DNA of 64,000 nucleotides, from positions 3,467 through 67,466 of the forward strand of contig JAILCQ010000009.1 of assembly GCA_024679955.1 (NCBI GenBank), in the 5' to 3' direction. The notes under the pieces were generated by a model. It made no database searches and was not told where the DNA came from. It saw only the letters and a program-made list of their open reading frames with translations. The translations under genes were made by a program, and so were the position numbers. The stretch comes from Bacillota bacterium (lineage in GTDB: Bacteria; Bacillota; Dehalobacteriia; UBA4068). Below are positions 62,937 to 64,000 of this stretch, in pieces; the first letter of the stretch is position 1; each line of letters begins with the position of its first letter.

Positions 62937-64000
62937 TTATTCAAAAAACATTTCGTTCACCCGGTCGCTGGGTTTGGGTCCCAGATAGGTACCGATGATA
63001 AAGAATACCAAACCCACCGCCAAACCGAAGATGATATTGTTCATGCCATGGAAACTGAAGCCCAGCCCGCCCAGGATCAGGAAGGTGGCCACGCCGCCGA
63101 TGGCGGAGCAGATCGCGCCGCTGGCATTGGCCCGCCGCCAGAACAGGCCCAGAACGGTGGGCCAGAAAAAGGCCGCTTCCAAACCGCCCATGGCGAACAG
63201 ATTGATCCAAACGATCAGATCCGGCGGTTTGACGGCGCAAAGGAAGGTGATGACGCCGATCACGGCGGTGCAGAGGATGCTGATTTTCTTCAGTTGGCGA
63301 TTGTCGTATTGTTTTTTGCCAAAGCGCAGCAGCATGTCTTTGATGATGGCGGCGGAGGCCAGGATCAGCAAGGAGCTGACGGTGGACATGATGGCCGCCA
63401 AGGGACCGGCCAGGAAAATGCCCGCCCAAAAGCTGGGCAAAACCTGCATAACGATCATGGGGATGACCGAGTCGGAGGTTTCCGGCGTGCCGGCCAGTAC
63501 GCCGGCGGAGAAAAATCCGGCCAAATGCATGCCCAGCATCAAAAAGCCCACCACGACCGTGCCGATGATGATGGAGTTGTGCAGGGCTTTGGTATCTTTG
63601 AAGCTCATGGCCCGCACCGTGGTTTGGGGCAAGCCCAGCAAACCGATACCGACCAGCACCCAGAAGGACAGGATCTGCGGTTTGGGTACGGCGTTGGCGT
63701 CCAGCATGGAGGGGTTCGCCGCGGCGATCCGGTCGACAATGCTTTCCACGCCGCCGCCGGCTTTGATGATGGCACAGGTGATGGTAACGGTGGCCACCAC
63801 CATCACCACTGCCTGGATGGCGTCGGTGAATACCACGGCCCGGAAGCCGCCTACGGTGGTGTAGATGATCACGATCAAACCGAATAGGATCAAACCGGTA
63901 AGATAGGAATAGCCGGTCATATTTTGGAACAATACGCCGCCGCCGATGAATTGGGCCACCATCATGGCGGTGAAGAAGGCCAGTATGGCCAGGGAGGCCA
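62937..64000 (-). CDS. Sodium:solute symporter family transporter (PanF/PutP-like), C-terminal part; N-terminus beyond the window end
   Basis: The frame stays open to nt 64000 (upstream residues ...ASLAILAFFTAMMVAQF). GGFRAVVFTDAIQAVVM is typical of SSS transporters. A hairpin terminator follows at about 62840-62880. Confidence 0.8.
   Translation of the reverse strand, partial: ASLAILAFFTAMMVAQFIGGGVLFQNMTGYSYLTGLILFGLIVIIYTTVGGFRAVVFTDAIQAVVMVVATVTITCAIIKAGGGVESIVDRIAAANPSMLDANAVPKPQILSFWVLVGIGLLGLPQTTVRAMSFKDTKALHNSIIIGTVVVGFLMLGMHLAGFFSAGVLAGTPETSDSVIPMIVMQVLPSFWAGIFLAGPLAAIMSTVSSLLILASAAIIKDMLLRFGKKQYDNRQLKKISILCTAVIGVITFLCAVKPPDLIVWINLFAMGGLEAAFFWPTVLGLFWRRANASGAICSAIGGVATFLILGGLGFSFHGMNNIIFGLAVGLVFFIIGTYLGPKPSDRVNEMFFE

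Noticed and set aside
1-64000. I scanned all intergenic regions for CRISPR arrays, tRNA/rRNA genes, IS elements, integrases and prophage genes.
   Set aside because: I saw no regularly spaced identical direct repeats with unique spacers, no cloverleaf-like tRNA sequences in the spacers longer than 90 nt that I read, and no transposase, recombinase or phage-like ORFs. The only repeat arrays are the short regulatory-looking ones at 25.2 kb and 35.8 kb and the intragenic repeats of the giant gene.

Overview
This is a 64-kb chromosomal segment from a GC-rich, endospore-forming Firmicute, probably Clostridia-like, since gpr, an alpha/beta-type SASP and ylbJ are present. I call 56 protein genes. I saw no rRNA, tRNA, CRISPR array, transposase or integrase. 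The backbone is housekeeping: gatCAB, cysK, gpr, rsmD, radical-SAM/smc/ftsY/ylxM/ffh/rpsP/KH/rimM/trmD, speD-speE, an M16 peptidase, dut, thrS behind a T-box leader, an ackA-DUF177-rpmF-plsX-acpP-rnc block on the minus strand, ylbJ, hsp20, mscS, glmS, dapB, DUF881-sbp-DUF881, cdaA-cdaR-(FAD oxidoreductase)-glmM, a SASP gene, and an envelope cluster (stalk-domain protein, LCP, TagA-like, XRE regulator). The main accessory region is 25.0-34.5 kb. There, an AT-rich leader with five head-to-tail 15-16-nt repeats precedes a 316-aa SLH anchor protein and then a 2,644-aa hyper-acidic, signal-peptide-bearing Fn3/Ig-like repeat giant with no visible wall anchor of its own. My leading hypothesis is a two-component surface fibre or S-layer-like system. 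Both genes completely avoid TTA/CTA/TCA codons, which leaves a 7.7-kb stop-free antisense frame that I treat as a shadow ORF. Other items worth a second look: an 860-aa hyper-acidic Ala/Glu/Gln protein with its own strong promoter placed before the radical-SAM/smc block; TrmD fused to a second ~185-aa domain, with rplS replaced downstream by E. coli-type speD plus speE; a solitary MazF/EndoA toxin with no antitoxin ORF; an FAD oxidoreductase translationally coupled between cdaR and glmM; a 14-nt tandem operator-like array in a divergent promoter; and two sub-cutoff small ORFs. All calls come from reading the sequence and ORF translations and from recall of protein families. No database search was run.
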